The notes below the pieces were generated by a model, which had not been told where the DNA came from, did not search any database, and worked only from the letters and a program-made list of their open reading frames with translations. From a virus, in the IMG/VR virus record IMGVR_UViG_3300019850_000189, positions 64,001 through 128,000 of that record: DNA of 64,000 nucleotides. The stretch is one strand, 5' to 3'. The translations under genes and the position numbers were made by a program. Positions within the stretch are counted from its first letter, which is position 1, and every line of letters begins with the position of its first letter. Below are positions 1 to 9,983 of the stretch, one piece after another.

Positions 1-1
1 A

Positions 2-1096
2 TTAGTAGACATAATAATATCAGTAGGCCCAAATTTCTTTTACAATGCTACACTAGGATGTATGCTATGGTTTATTGATAAGTCTAAATCAACAAGCGAT
101 AGGGCTGATGATATTTTATTTATAGACGCCACAGGGATATCTGTTAATGATATTGGCTCTTATAAGAAATTCTCAAAAGAGCAGATTAGTCGAATCGCAG
201 AAGTGGTTGAAAGTTATAGAGATGGTATTATAGATAATTTGCCGAATTTCTGCAAGATTACTAAGATTAAGGAAGTAGCCAAAAAGAGTTTTTCACTCAA
301 TCCTAGAAAATATATTATAATATCTAATACCAATTTTAGTGAAAAAAAGCTAAACTCTATAAGGAATGATGTAATCGCAATATCGCAAAATTCAAAAAAT
401 ATTGAAGATTCGCTTTTGCATAATATAGAAGGAGTTATTGAAAACAAGAAATTTGTGGCGCAGGTCCCATCTATGGATATATTTACCCTATCTAAAAAAT
501 ACAGAGAAATTTATAAATGGTTTCCCAAAATATTATTTCATAAATGGTTTGAATTATATAATTTCCCGGGAGCCGATGAAATAAATTTCAAGAAGACAAA
601 AATGGGGGTTATACCATCTAACTTTAAAATTGTTAATTTAGCTGATATAGTAGATTTCATAAAGGGGATTGAACCAGGGCGAAAGAACTATAAAGATTAC
701 TCGCCTAAAAGATTAAAATTTATAAGAGTCGGAGATATTGGCACCAGACCATCTGATATATGGATAGAAAAGGACATAGTGGGCAATAAAATATTAATGC
801 CAAAAGATATTGTATTAACTTTAGATGCTACAATTGGACTAGTGGCTACGGGCCTTTATGGTTCTTATGCGTCTGGCATAAGAAAATTAGTTATTAAAGA
901 CTGTTCTAAGATTAATAAAACATTCTTGTTTTATTTATTACAGTCTGATTATATACAGAATACGATAACTAGTTATGGAAAGGGGACAACAATACAACAC
1001 GCGAGCTCGGTTGTTAACAACTTTAAATGCGTAATTCCTCCATTAGATTTGCAAAACAGCTTTGCTAATATAGTTTCTCCGATAATAAAATTTTAG
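2..1096 (+). CDS. Type I-like R-M methyltransferase C-terminus fused to a single HsdS target-recognition domain (5' end outside window)
   Basis: Frame is open from base 2 (LVDIIISVGPNFFYNATLGCMLWFIDK...ILFIDA...SLNPRKY, HsdM C-terminal pattern), followed by an HsdS-like TRD (GVIPSNFKIVNLADIVDFIKG...GTTIQH...IPPLDLQNSF). Confidence 0.75.
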   Translation, partial: LVDIIISVGPNFFYNATLGCMLWFIDKSKSTSDRADDILFIDATGISVNDIGSYKKFSKEQISRIAEVVESYRDGIIDNLPNFCKITKIKEVAKKSFSLNPRKYIIISNTNFSEKKLNSIRNDVIAISQNSKNIEDSLLHNIEGVIENKKFVAQVPSMDIFTLSKKYREIYKWFPKILFHKWFELYNFPGADEINFKKTKMGVIPSNFKIVNLADIVDFIKGIEPGRKNYKDYSPKRLKFIRVGDIGTRPSDIWIEKDIVGNKILMPKDIVLTLDATIGLVATGLYGSYASGIRKLVIKDCSKINKTFLFYLLQSDYIQNTITSYGKGTTIQHASSVVNNFKCVIPPLDLQNSFANIVSPIIKF

Positions 1097-1097
1097 A

Positions 1098-1126
1098 TTT
1101 ACAAAAAGAGCATTTCGTGTTATACT
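1098..1126 (+). promoter_or_regulatory. sigma70-type promoter
   Basis: TTTACA-17 nt-TATACT upstream of the 1146 ORF. Confidence 0.7.
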
Positions 1127-1145
1127 TATATACAAGGAGCGTTTT

Positions 1146-2027
1146 ATGGATAAAAACAAATATTTTGAAACTAACGAAAAATTAATAGAAGAAGGCATAA
1201 GAGAACTTTATTTACGGCCTAGATTGAAAAGAATGAAATGGTCTAAAATTACAAACCAGTCTATACAAGCAGATGCTTATGTTGGCCAGCAAATAGTTTC
1301 ATTAGTTACTGGTATTAAGGGTACGGGTTCCAGAGGGCGGGGTGATGATCTTGCCGATGAGAGCGAAATCAAATCTGCTATTAGAATAGATCAAATGTGC
1401 AGATGCAATGATTGTAAATATACATTCCCATCTCTTCTAGATAAAGAATGCCCAAAATGCGGTTCTAAAAATTACAATCAACCAAAAGATTCACATGCGA
1501 GCATAAGATTAGCCACAAACCATGATTTAGAAACTTTAATAAATCTTCCGGCCATTTATAATCTTTTAATAGACGCCTCAGAGGATAAAGAAAACCATAT
1601 AAGAATTAGAATATGGAAAATCGATCCCACAAGAGAAAAAGCGAAAGAATTTTTTAAAGGTTCTCTTGAAAATAACAAAACAAAAGGAAGCAGCAATGTC
1701 AATTTTCATCCCTTAAAGCGACAATGGCATTTGATGGAGCCCGAAATGATCTTCTTGGCAGAAACTAATGAGACAGGAGCTGATTTTAAAACAAAATTTT
1801 ACAATCTTGATTATCCTGAAAAAGAATTAATGCCAATTAAATTATTAAATATAGAGGAAATAAAATCTCTTTACCCAAATGTGATTTTTAAGAAAAATTG
1901 TAGTAAGGTGGAGATGATAAAGCAAATTGGCACCGAATTTTTGTCAGAGGAGCTAATGAGTAAAGTTGAAATGAAAGTGGGAAACACTTTTACTTATAAA
2001 AATCCTTATGATAGAAGAAAAAAATGA
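1146..2027 (+). CDS. MamI-family type II restriction endonuclease
   Basis: LRPRLKRMKWSKITNQ...GQQIVSLVTGIKGTGSRGRGDDLADESEIKS and CNDC...CPKCGS zinc ribbon match the MamI family pattern as recalled. Confidence 0.7.
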   Translation: MDKNKYFETNEKLIEEGIRELYLRPRLKRMKWSKITNQSIQADAYVGQQIVSLVTGIKGTGSRGRGDDLADESEIKSAIRIDQMCRCNDCKYTFPSLLDKECPKCGSKNYNQPKDSHASIRLATNHDLETLINLPAIYNLLIDASEDKENHIRIRIWKIDPTREKAKEFFKGSLENNKTKGSSNVNFHPLKRQWHLMEPEMIFLAETNETGADFKTKFYNLDYPEKELMPIKLLNIEEIKSLYPNVIFKKNCSKVEMIKQIGTEFLSEELMSKVEMKVGNTFTYKNPYDRRKK

Positions 2028-2277
2028 GAGTAATTACAAGAGAAAATTTTATAATCCGGCCAGCAAGAATGGAGTATGGCTGGCTGAAATTATTAAAAGG
2101 CTTATGGTTTGTATAAAGAGCATATATACTAGTGATAATGTCGATGAATGTAAGCTCCGTCTTTATAAAATAGTCAAACCTCTTTTATCCAAACAAGAAC
2201 GAAAAGAGGCCCAAGAAATACTAAATAGAAATATAGTTTGTGCAGACGCATTAACTTATGATTATAGTTTTAAATAG
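2008..2277 (+). pseudogene. truncated/degenerate adenine methyltransferase-like fragment
   Basis: FYNPASKNGVWLAEIIKR resembles a decayed motif I; DNVDECKLRL...ILNRNIVCADALTYDYSF resembles the C-terminus of short phage MTases; only 89 aa. Confidence 0.4.
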
Positions 2278-2291
2278 GGGGAGGCAACAAA

Positions 2292-2909
2292 ATGAGAAAG
2301 ATAGCAAAGATGTTGGGACTGGTTATACTGATTATATCAATATTCAGTATTGCCATGGCAAAAAATGAGTATGTAGAATATTTGGGTAGTCTATCGCCAA
2401 CCTTACAGATAAGCATGGAGGGTCAAAGACTGATTGTTCAGCATGTTTTTACAAACGACAAACCTCCATATAATACTGAATACTATAATAATGGTTTCAC
2501 AGATTATTACCATGTAAACCATGGTATTCTCAAAATAGAATATAGTAGATATATTCGGATTAACGGAGACTTTAAGCGTGATGGTTTCGGAGCATCCAAT
2601 GCTGGTATTGTCAAGAAAGAAAACGATAAACTGCCTGAAAATAATGTGAGTAATGTCTTTAATGTATTAGGGTTATTTTCTCATGCCTTTCCAGGAGATA
2701 TTGAATATCAGGTAATAATAACAGATAAGCTTAGCTCGAAGTGGTATCAAGTAGATAATATTAAAGACATAGTCATACCTGATGACAAAAGTTTTGATAT
2801 TCAGGTTTTTATGTATGATGATCCTGATTATTTACAAGTGATGCTTACTTATAGCCCAGAGACTCAAAAATATATAATACTTGGAATGGATATAGCGATA
2901 TATCAGTAA
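2292..2909 (+). CDS. exported hypothetical protein
   Basis: 205 aa ORF with RBS (GGAGG) and N-terminal signal peptide MRKIAKMLGLVILIISIFSIAMA. Confidence 0.7.
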   Translation: MRKIAKMLGLVILIISIFSIAMAKNEYVEYLGSLSPTLQISMEGQRLIVQHVFTNDKPPYNTEYYNNGFTDYYHVNHGILKIEYSRYIRINGDFKRDGFGASNAGIVKKENDKLPENNVSNVFNVLGLFSHAFPGDIEYQVIITDKLSSKWYQVDNIKDIVIPDDKSFDIQVFMYDDPDYLQVMLTYSPETQKYIILGMDIAIYQ

Positions 2910-3057
2910 AATAGTGCGCGCTTATCTTTCTCAAGGATAAGTGCGGCGTCGCACAGGTGCAGGGTGATGGTGCATAAATGGCAGTGATATATTCTGGCCG
3001 GAGGACAAATTAAAAGTAACCTTCAGATAGCCTGTATGCGTCAGACAATAATATAAT

Positions 3058-3256
3058 ATGAAAGTAATTCACACATATCTCCAGTTTATAACCGCGATTC
3101 CATTAAAGCCAATGGCATAATCCCAACTAAAGTGAGGCGCCTAGACCATCAGAGATATGATTTTCTGCAAAGTATGGATTCATCCCAGAAATGATATGTA
3201 CAATTTGTATGACCAGGAATATATTGATTTCAGAAAGGTATTTGATAGAAATTTAT
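3058..3256 (+). pseudogene. degenerate partial duplicate of the 4117-4647 gene
   Basis: Near-identical DNA to 4117-4207 joined to the stretch from 4297 onward; early frameshift and an 89-bp internal deletion at a CATC microhomology. Confidence 0.85.
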
Positions 3257-3257
3257 A

Positions 3258-3929
3258 TTAATTTTTCTCAGATATTGGCAACCAGTAATGTGCCTTTAAA
3301 TTAGGTATATTCCAAAGTAAAATTTCATTATGAAATTCAACATTTGGAAATACGTCCAGTGGTAAAGATACAATAGAAGTTATCTCAGCACTACAATTAT
3401 CTCTAAAATATTTCCACCTCTTTGAGATTACTCTTTGATTCAGTCTAAAACCCATAGGACTAAATAATACTACCGGTGTATCTTCACCATATAATTCAAA
3501 TATCTTTTTTATAAACAACTCAGGATAAAGTTTTTTCCTATATTTTTTTGATTCACTATTAAAATTAAATGGCGGATTACATAACACTAAACTAATTTCA
3601 TTAATATTATATGTTAGTTTTATATGTTCAGGTGTTAAAGTTAAAAAATCAATTTTATGAAATATATCTGTCCATTGTCGATTTGGGTCATCATGAATGT
3701 CATATCCTATAGTAAGAATTTTAGACTCAAAAGATTCTTTAAAATTAGCTAAAAGATTTGCTGAACCAACTGCTGGGTCAATAATAATTCTTTTTCCATT
3801 ATTTATATTTGTTTTAATATGTTCAGATAAGGTATTAAATAAAAAATTACAAATATTTTTTGGAGTATAAATAATATTATTTTTTTTATTTTCATGATAT
3901 TTATTTCTGGAAGTGGATAATGGATTCAT
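3258..3929 (-). CDS. orphan N6-adenine DNA methyltransferase
   Basis: IYTP, motif I IIIDPAVGSANLL, motif IV LCNPPF. Confidence 0.85.
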   Translation of the reverse strand: MNPLSTSRNKYHENKKNNIIYTPKNICNFLFNTLSEHIKTNINNGKRIIIDPAVGSANLLANFKESFESKILTIGYDIHDDPNRQWTDIFHKIDFLTLTPEHIKLTYNINEISLVLCNPPFNFNSESKKYRKKLYPELFIKKIFELYGEDTPVVLFSPMGFRLNQRVISKRWKYFRDNCSAEITSIVSLPLDVFPNVEFHNEILLWNIPNLKAHYWLPISEKN

Positions 3930-4116
3930 ATATGATGTCTTTGCCCTTTCATTCTAATTGTAATTCCTTTACCGTGGTCATATTCATGTTGGAAAACTGC
4001 TGCCTACATGCCACTTATTTTTTAACTACCACGCAAGGTTATTGAACATGGTATTAATATATATGTTATGTGAAGTTGTGACATATGTATAATATACCAA
4101 AGCAAAAGGCGATAAT

Positions 4117-4647
4117 ATGAAAGTAATACACATATCTCCAGTTTATAACCGTGATTCCATTAAAGCCAATGGCATAATCCCAACTAAAGTGAGGCACCTA
4201 GACCATCTAGCATATTTTGTGGAACGCGATATTTGCACAAAAGATGGGAAAGCAATATATACTTGGCAAGATTCTATTGATAACGAAAAATTCATCAGAG
4301 ATATGATTTTCTGCAAAGTATGGATTCATCCCAGAAATAATATGTATAATTTGTATGACCAGGAATATATTGATTTCAGAAAGGTATTTGATAGAAATTT
4401 ATGCAATTATAATTATATGTTGTATGATGTATATGTTATAGAAACTCCTGATAGTAACTCATGTGATTACCACATACAACTACCAAGCGATAATATATTC
4501 AGCACATTGTGGAATATGCCGGGGGAGTATGCCCATGATCATAAACGCCTTTTTATTTTTAAGAATCCTTTAAAAAGCATAAAGATTATTGGACAGGCGC
4601 AATATTATTTTGATAATAATAAATATCATATTAAAATTTTAAAATAG
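4117..4647 (+). CDS. hypothetical protein, possible ADP-ribosyltransferase-fold
   Basis: 176 aa ORF; N-terminal HISPVYNRDSIKANGIIP resembles the H-x-(S/T)...N..SI...G(L/I).P start of ART/Tpt1-fold proteins. Confidence 0.55.
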   Translation: MKVIHISPVYNRDSIKANGIIPTKVRHLDHLAYFVERDICTKDGKAIYTWQDSIDNEKFIRDMIFCKVWIHPRNNMYNLYDQEYIDFRKVFDRNLCNYNYMLYDVYVIETPDSNSCDYHIQLPSDNIFSTLWNMPGEYAHDHKRLFIFKNPLKSIKIIGQAQYYFDNNKYHIKILK

Positions 4648-4681
4648 CTTTACAAAACCTCTAGAGTGTGATATATTTATA
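4648..4681 (+). promoter_or_regulatory. sigma70-type promoter, copy 1 of an identical 34-bp repeat
   Basis: CTTTACAAAACCTCTAGAGTGTGATATATTTATA; TTTACA-17-TATATT; identical at 5615-5648. Confidence 0.75.
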
Positions 4682-5003
4682 TCATAGGAGGCGACATGCC
4701 GAACAATAATGAATCATTAGAGATACAGGATAAAAATGAGCACGAATCTACTATTCAAAAGCAAACAAATAACTAAGGAGGCAATAAAATGGCAGCATTA
4801 ATTCTTTATGCTTTTTCATGTATCACAACAACTTTTGCAGGATCTTATATAGTTTTATCTGATCAGGTTAGTGGATTAACCAATGCACAGATAAATCATA
4901 TAATTGTAGAACTGAAAGCGGAAGATAAATGAAATAAGAATTCGAATGGAGCAAGAATAATTCTCTTGTAATGTGCAATAAATTAATTTTAATTTAGGGG
5001 AGT

Positions 5004-5612
5004 TTGTTTATGAAAAGGCTATTTATAATGATAGTGTTAACTGTGGTATTTATTTTCCCGGAAGTTTTACATGCTAGTGACTGGCCTATAGAGGATAACT
5101 TATCTAGCGTGGTTTTCAGTCTCCACATACGCGGATCGAGAGCGAATTTGAAAACACTTGAGCTTTTAAAAACGGATGGATATAACTCAACAATTGAAAA
5201 TCAATTAGGCAGCTTTATATATTTCGTAATAAGTAAATACACGAACAAAGTTAAATATCAAAATCTAGCTGAATTTCATAGTGAAAATAACAAATACCGT
5301 ACTCCGACTACTCTCTGGATTATATTTGAAATATCATATAATATATGGCCTAAAAGAGATTCATCAGGTAAAATCTTGCCTGGTCTCGAAGAGTATACGG
5401 GTAGTTATAGAATAGAATTTCGACGGGAATGTACGCTAACGGCTATTGAAGATTACAGTTGGTGGTTAATTTATCACTACAACACAGGTGCAAAATTTCC
5501 TCTTACGTCTGACCAAAATTATAATAGTATAAGTTCTCTATTGGCTGACATGGAAGATTTTATAGGCATGGACTTAGATTATGAGCTCAAGAAAATTGAG
5601 TTCGTAAAATAG
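5004..5612 (+). CDS. exported hypothetical protein
   Basis: Signal peptide MKRLFIMIVLTVVFIFPEVLHA; ATG at 5010 is an alternative start. Confidence 0.7.
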   Translation: MFMKRLFIMIVLTVVFIFPEVLHASDWPIEDNLSSVVFSLHIRGSRANLKTLELLKTDGYNSTIENQLGSFIYFVISKYTNKVKYQNLAEFHSENNKYRTPTTLWIIFEISYNIWPKRDSSGKILPGLEEYTGSYRIEFRRECTLTAIEDYSWWLIYHYNTGAKFPLTSDQNYNSISSLLADMEDFIGMDLDYELKKIEFVK

Positions 5613-5614
5613 AA

Positions 5615-5648
5615 CTTTACAAAACCTCTAGAGTGTGATATATTTATA
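5615..5648 (+). promoter_or_regulatory. sigma70-type promoter, copy 2 of the 34-bp repeat
   Basis: Identical to 4648-4681; lies upstream of rIIA. Confidence 0.75.
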
Positions 5649-5673
5649 ATATACCATAACAAAAGGTGATAAT

Positions 5674-7725
5674 ATGAAAGTAAGAAAAAATGTTCGCAAC
5701 ATTAAAACAAATACAAAAGATTCAACCCCATTTACCATCAAAACATCCGGCAAGGCTTTTAAAATTCTCTCCGATAATCTTTATTCAGATAAACACGCGG
5801 CAATTATAAGAGAACTAAGCTGTAATGCTTATGATTCTCATATAGAGGCGAATAAAGAAAATGTTCCTTTTGAAATACACCTACCAACAAAATGGCAGCC
5901 CTGGTTATCCGTTAAAGATTACGGAGTTGGAATGTCCCATGAACAGATGCTGAATCTTTATACCTCTTATTTCGATTCGGATAAAACAGACACAAATGAA
6001 TTGACTGGTGTCTTAGGCCTTGGCTCAAAAAGCCCTTTTGCCTATACTGATGTTTTTACTGTTACATCTATTCATGGAGGTAAAAAGCGAATATACAGTT
6101 GTTTTATTGATAGTGACGGAACTCCTAACATAACTCTTATGGATGAATCCGATACAGATGATTGCAGTGGTGTTGAAGTCAAATTAACAGTTAAACCAAA
6201 TGATTTTGATGATTTTTCACGGAAAGCCGGCCATATACTATCTGTATTCAAGGTTAGACCCAAGGTGACAGGCCCAAAAGAATTCACTTATGACAAAGTA
6301 AAGACTATATTTTCAGGCAAGGACTGGAGTTTCAACAATAGCATAAGCCATGTACCTCGTGCTATTCAGGGGAATGTTTTTTATCCTATAAACTACGAAA
6401 GTGTTAAGGGCCAGCTCAATGATAAACAGCTGTTTGTGTTGCAAAATAGATTTGATATAAACTTTGATATAGGCGAGTTGGATGTTGCTGCGTCAAGGGA
6501 AGATCTGAGTTATGATAACATAACAAGCGAAAATATAAAAAATAAAGCGAAAAAAGTATATGATAGATTCCACAGTACGGTTACAAGGCATCTAAATAAA
6601 TGCAATACATTATGGGAAGCCAAATTGTATATTAAGAAAATCATAGGAAATATGTATTACCATACTGGGTTCAAGTTCTTTTATAAAGGAAAGGAAATTT
6701 TTGATAATGACTTTCAGGCCGGCCATGTGAATGGCGTCAAGATTATTTCATACTCCACGCAGTACAGCAATATTATAAAAAGAACGGATTTGTCACATGA
6801 ACCTTATATCAGAATAGCAGCCTCGGAAAGTAAGTGTTTTATAATTAATGATGAAGAAAGAAAAGGAATTTCCAAGGCAAGATATTTGGTCTCCACAGAT
6901 AGAAATGTAAGAATAGTTTATTTGATAGAGGGCGATCACAAAGCATTTTTTAATCTCATAGGCAATCCCCCTTATAAGATGGCATCTTCGATCCCAACAC
7001 CCCCCAAAATCACAGGCCTATATACGCGCGATAGTAAAAGAATATTTGCTCCCATTACGTATGGTCAGTTTGACAAAGGAAAATCTGTATATTATGATTC
7101 TATTAAGGAACAAAAAAGAATATTTTATATGGCCACGAAACATAATACTATATACGGTGGGGGAGAAAAGTTGAGCTTCGCCATGGTGAGAAATTATATA
7201 AAAACTGCGAAGCAATTAGGAATTATTAATAGTGATACAGTTGTTTATGGAATATCTACATTTAACATCAAGCGAAATAAATTGGAATCTCAAAAACAGT
7301 TCAAGGAATTTTTTGCATATACAAAAAAAAGGGTAATATCTAAGATCAATAAATTAAAAGATGAGATTTTAGAGCATAAAAAGATTGTCGCTAATTATGA
7401 ATATATAAAGCCCGATATCGAGCTCTGTAGAATCATGGGTAATGATGAAAATATTGCAACAGTGTTGCGCGGATCGAGATTCATAAAAATAAAGGAAGAA
7501 CACGATAATATAAAAAAATTGTATTATAAAAATGATGAGATCATTAATGCATTAATTAAAATGGTTACATTTTTCGGCCTAAACATTGATATCGACGTCC
7601 ATGATGATATTGAATTGATAACAGATAGATATCCGCTCTTAAAAATAATTGAGCATTGGAATATGCGTCGTAATTTTGATGAAATATGCGAATATATCAA
7701 GCTCGTGGATGATAACTTGAAATGA
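5674..7725 (+). CDS. rIIA: rIIA-like protein (GHKL ATPase N-terminus)
   Basis: AIIRELSCNAYDSH, VKDYGVGMS, GLGSKSPFAYTDVF GHKL motifs; 683 aa; LDVAASREDLSYD. Confidence 0.85.
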   Translation: MKVRKNVRNIKTNTKDSTPFTIKTSGKAFKILSDNLYSDKHAAIIRELSCNAYDSHIEANKENVPFEIHLPTKWQPWLSVKDYGVGMSHEQMLNLYTSYFDSDKTDTNELTGVLGLGSKSPFAYTDVFTVTSIHGGKKRIYSCFIDSDGTPNITLMDESDTDDCSGVEVKLTVKPNDFDDFSRKAGHILSVFKVRPKVTGPKEFTYDKVKTIFSGKDWSFNNSISHVPRAIQGNVFYPINYESVKGQLNDKQLFVLQNRFDINFDIGELDVAASREDLSYDNITSENIKNKAKKVYDRFHSTVTRHLNKCNTLWEAKLYIKKIIGNMYYHTGFKFFYKGKEIFDNDFQAGHVNGVKIISYSTQYSNIIKRTDLSHEPYIRIAASESKCFIINDEERKGISKARYLVSTDRNVRIVYLIEGDHKAFFNLIGNPPYKMASSIPTPPKITGLYTRDSKRIFAPITYGQFDKGKSVYYDSIKEQKRIFYMATKHNTIYGGGEKLSFAMVRNYIKTAKQLGIINSDTVVYGISTFNIKRNKLESQKQFKEFFAYTKKRVISKINKLKDEILEHKKIVANYEYIKPDIELCRIMGNDENIATVLRGSRFIKIKEEHDNIKKLYYKNDEIINALIKMVTFFGLNIDIDVHDDIELITDRYPLLKIIEHWNMRRNFDEICEYIKLVDDNLK

Positions 7726-7910
7726 AATACATTATAACAGAAAATTCAATTAATGTGTGTATCGGTAGTCGAACATTCATTTGCGATAACACCTATAAAT
7801 ATTTTGATGACATTAAAAAAGCCCTGGAGAGTGGCGGCCCAAAGTCAAAGATTATTCATTTATTTCGCAAACAAACTATAGCAGCAGCAAAAGCATTGTT
7901 AGTGAAATGA
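7722..7910 (+). pseudogene. probable N-terminal fragment of rIIB
   Basis: Translationally coupled to rIIA; MKYIITENSINVCIGSRTF...YFDDIKKALE resembles rIIB N-termini; ends after 62 aa at a convergent endonuclease gene. Confidence 0.45.
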
Positions 7911-8645
7911 GAAGTCTCGTTCGCGAATTCTTATAAATTTAAAATCCGGAAAATACTTTTCTATCTCTTTTTGCCTTCTGACATCTTTTTCTAATAATTT
8001 TCCATCTTTATAATGCCTTTCTTCATCCCACTCCATGATGAGTTTTTTATCAAAATTTATATAATCTACCCAATACCCCAGCTCTTCTGTGTAGTATTCT
8101 CCTCCATTGGTGGCGTACTGACCGATAGTGTTGTTCAATCGATCGAATTTCTTGAAATACTCACAACCCCTTTTACTCCAGTTGGGAAATATTTGCGTTC
8201 CCTTCTTGTTGCTTATATATTTTATCATAGATATCCGCTTTTTTAGCCTAATATCTGCTTCTTTCTTACCATATATTTCTTTGTAGGTTTTGCCTTTCAT
8301 CCTTTTGGTAATATGGGGACATTTCTTGCCCATTTGAGCTCTTGATATGGCTTCTTTTGTTTTCTCTGACCGCCTTTTACCGTACATTGGGTGATTTGTT
8401 CCTGAGATGTCGAAATGATTTTCCTTTATTTTCCTACGGCTTTCTATTGTATGTTTCTTTTTATAAAAGTGGTTTAGTGGCCCCTTTGCTCTGCAAGATT
8501 TACACAAATCTTTGCCTGTTTTCTTTCTGATTATACTATTTTTGTAGTTTTTGACAATAGATACCCATTCTTTGCCACAATCATCGCATTTTAATACAAT
8601 TTTAGTTCTGCCGGCAGTGCCCTCTGAAAATGTTGTGAGTAACAT
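7899..8645 (-). CDS. free-standing homing endonuclease (Zn finger + NUMOD3 + DUF559/Vsr-like nuclease)
   Basis: CDDC/CKSC, NUMOD3-like KHTIESRRKI and MYGKRRSEKTKEAISRAQMGK, C-terminal GYWVDYI...MEWDEERHY...KDVRRQKEI. Confidence 0.8.
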   Translation of the reverse strand: MLLTTFSEGTAGRTKIVLKCDDCGKEWVSIVKNYKNSIIRKKTGKDLCKSCRAKGPLNHFYKKKHTIESRRKIKENHFDISGTNHPMYGKRRSEKTKEAISRAQMGKKCPHITKRMKGKTYKEIYGKKEADIRLKKRISMIKYISNKKGTQIFPNWSKRGCEYFKKFDRLNNTIGQYATNGGEYYTEELGYWVDYINFDKKLIMEWDEERHYKDGKLLEKDVRRQKEIEKYFPDFKFIRIRERDFSFH

Positions 8646-8708
8646 AAAAAGTCCTTTACAATTATGCTTATATATGTTATCTTACATATATACACTGTGG
8701 AGGACAAT

Positions 8709-9458
8709 ATGAATTACATTAATAAAGATTATAAGTCAGAAAGCTTTAAAAATCGTATTGAGGTATCTCTTGCAAACGTTTCAGTCTCTCCAAATGATGA
8801 ATTTAGATTGATTAAGACTAGCTACCAACCCTTCAATTGCGAGCTGTGTGGGCATGTTGGCTGCGTTTATCAGTTCACAATAGAAAATCTGAAAACCAAA
8901 AAACAGATTAATGTTGGCTCGGAGTGTATCTCGCACTTTAAAAATTCTGGTGTAGATATCAATCTTGCTATGGGACTTTTAAAAAGAGTACAGAAGACAG
9001 TTCTTAAAGCAAGAAAAGATATGAGGTTAGATATTGATAAGGGCGACTATGATAAGCTATCTATCGATAAAAAGAGAGATCTTACTCTCAAATATTTTAT
9101 GAGAGCTCAAGCAAAAGAATTACTTTTCGATGTTAGAATTGGCAAAGCCACTTTGTCAAGGCGACAGGTGAATGACATTTTGGATCTGGGTCTCGATAAG
9201 GAACTTAAGCGCGCACAGGATAGTGCTGATAGAATAAGAAAAGCAAAAGAGCAATTGGCGAGGCGCGCCGAGAGACATAAATGGCTTATGGATTATTCGG
9301 GTGATAATTTATTTATCAAAGGCTTAAAAAATGGCCTGCGACGATATAGTCACCTAACCGAGAAACAAGAAAAGTATCTACAGATCGTGATTAACCAAGA
9401 AAAAGCTAGAATTATTAGAGCAAAAAAAGCCGAGCAATATCATAAACTCGCTTTATAA
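8709..9458 (+). CDS. hypothetical protein with Cys/His zinc-binding motif
   Basis: CELCGH...VGSECISHF; RBS GGAGG before ATG 8709. Confidence 0.65.
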   Translation: MNYINKDYKSESFKNRIEVSLANVSVSPNDEFRLIKTSYQPFNCELCGHVGCVYQFTIENLKTKKQINVGSECISHFKNSGVDINLAMGLLKRVQKTVLKARKDMRLDIDKGDYDKLSIDKKRDLTLKYFMRAQAKELLFDVRIGKATLSRRQVNDILDLGLDKELKRAQDSADRIRKAKEQLARRAERHKWLMDYSGDNLFIKGLKNGLRRYSHLTEKQEKYLQIVINQEKARIIRAKKAEQYHKLAL

Positions 9459-9532
9459 ACAGTATCACAATAAGGGATACATATCACATAAACAATCAAG
9501 AATTTTATATAACATATATAAATCTATAAGGA

Positions 9533-9895
9533 GTGAAAAAAATGAGATCCATTGAAACAACAACAACATCATTAGGCGCTGATTATGATGGCATAACTGA
9601 TATCAGCCTTCGGCATCTCGAGCAATTTAGCAACAAAAAACTTGTTTCCGTGCGCATTACCCATGGTGATATTGACACAAAATGCGCATTCATATTCGAA
9701 GATATGACTTCTTATGTAGCTTCCGGTTTTGCCATAGGCTATGGCGGTGAGGGCCCTCATGGGCTTTGGAAAGCTATTCGCATGTGGCATCCGAACAAGA
9801 TCTCAGCTGATTTTTGGGAAACTGAAATACCAAAACTGCTTATTAACAAAAATTATACATGGACAGCTGATCATGGTTTTGAGGAAACAGTATAG
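9533..9895 (+). CDS. hypothetical protein
   Basis: 120 aa ORF with AGGAG RBS. Confidence 0.6.
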   Translation: MKKMRSIETTTTSLGADYDGITDISLRHLEQFSNKKLVSVRITHGDIDTKCAFIFEDMTSYVASGFAIGYGGEGPHGLWKAIRMWHPNKISADFWETEIPKLLINKNYTWTADHGFEETV

Positions 9896-9983
9896 AAGGA
9901 TTAAAATGTTACATATAGGTTTATCTAAATATTTTACAGATTCAAAGAACACTTTTAAGAATTTGAAAGTTGGAGGTAAATAA

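Noticed and set aside
2928-2945. Inverted repeat GCGCTTATC/GATAAGTGC after the 2292 gene as an ncRNA
   Set aside because: A single hairpin without further structure; more likely a terminator-like element
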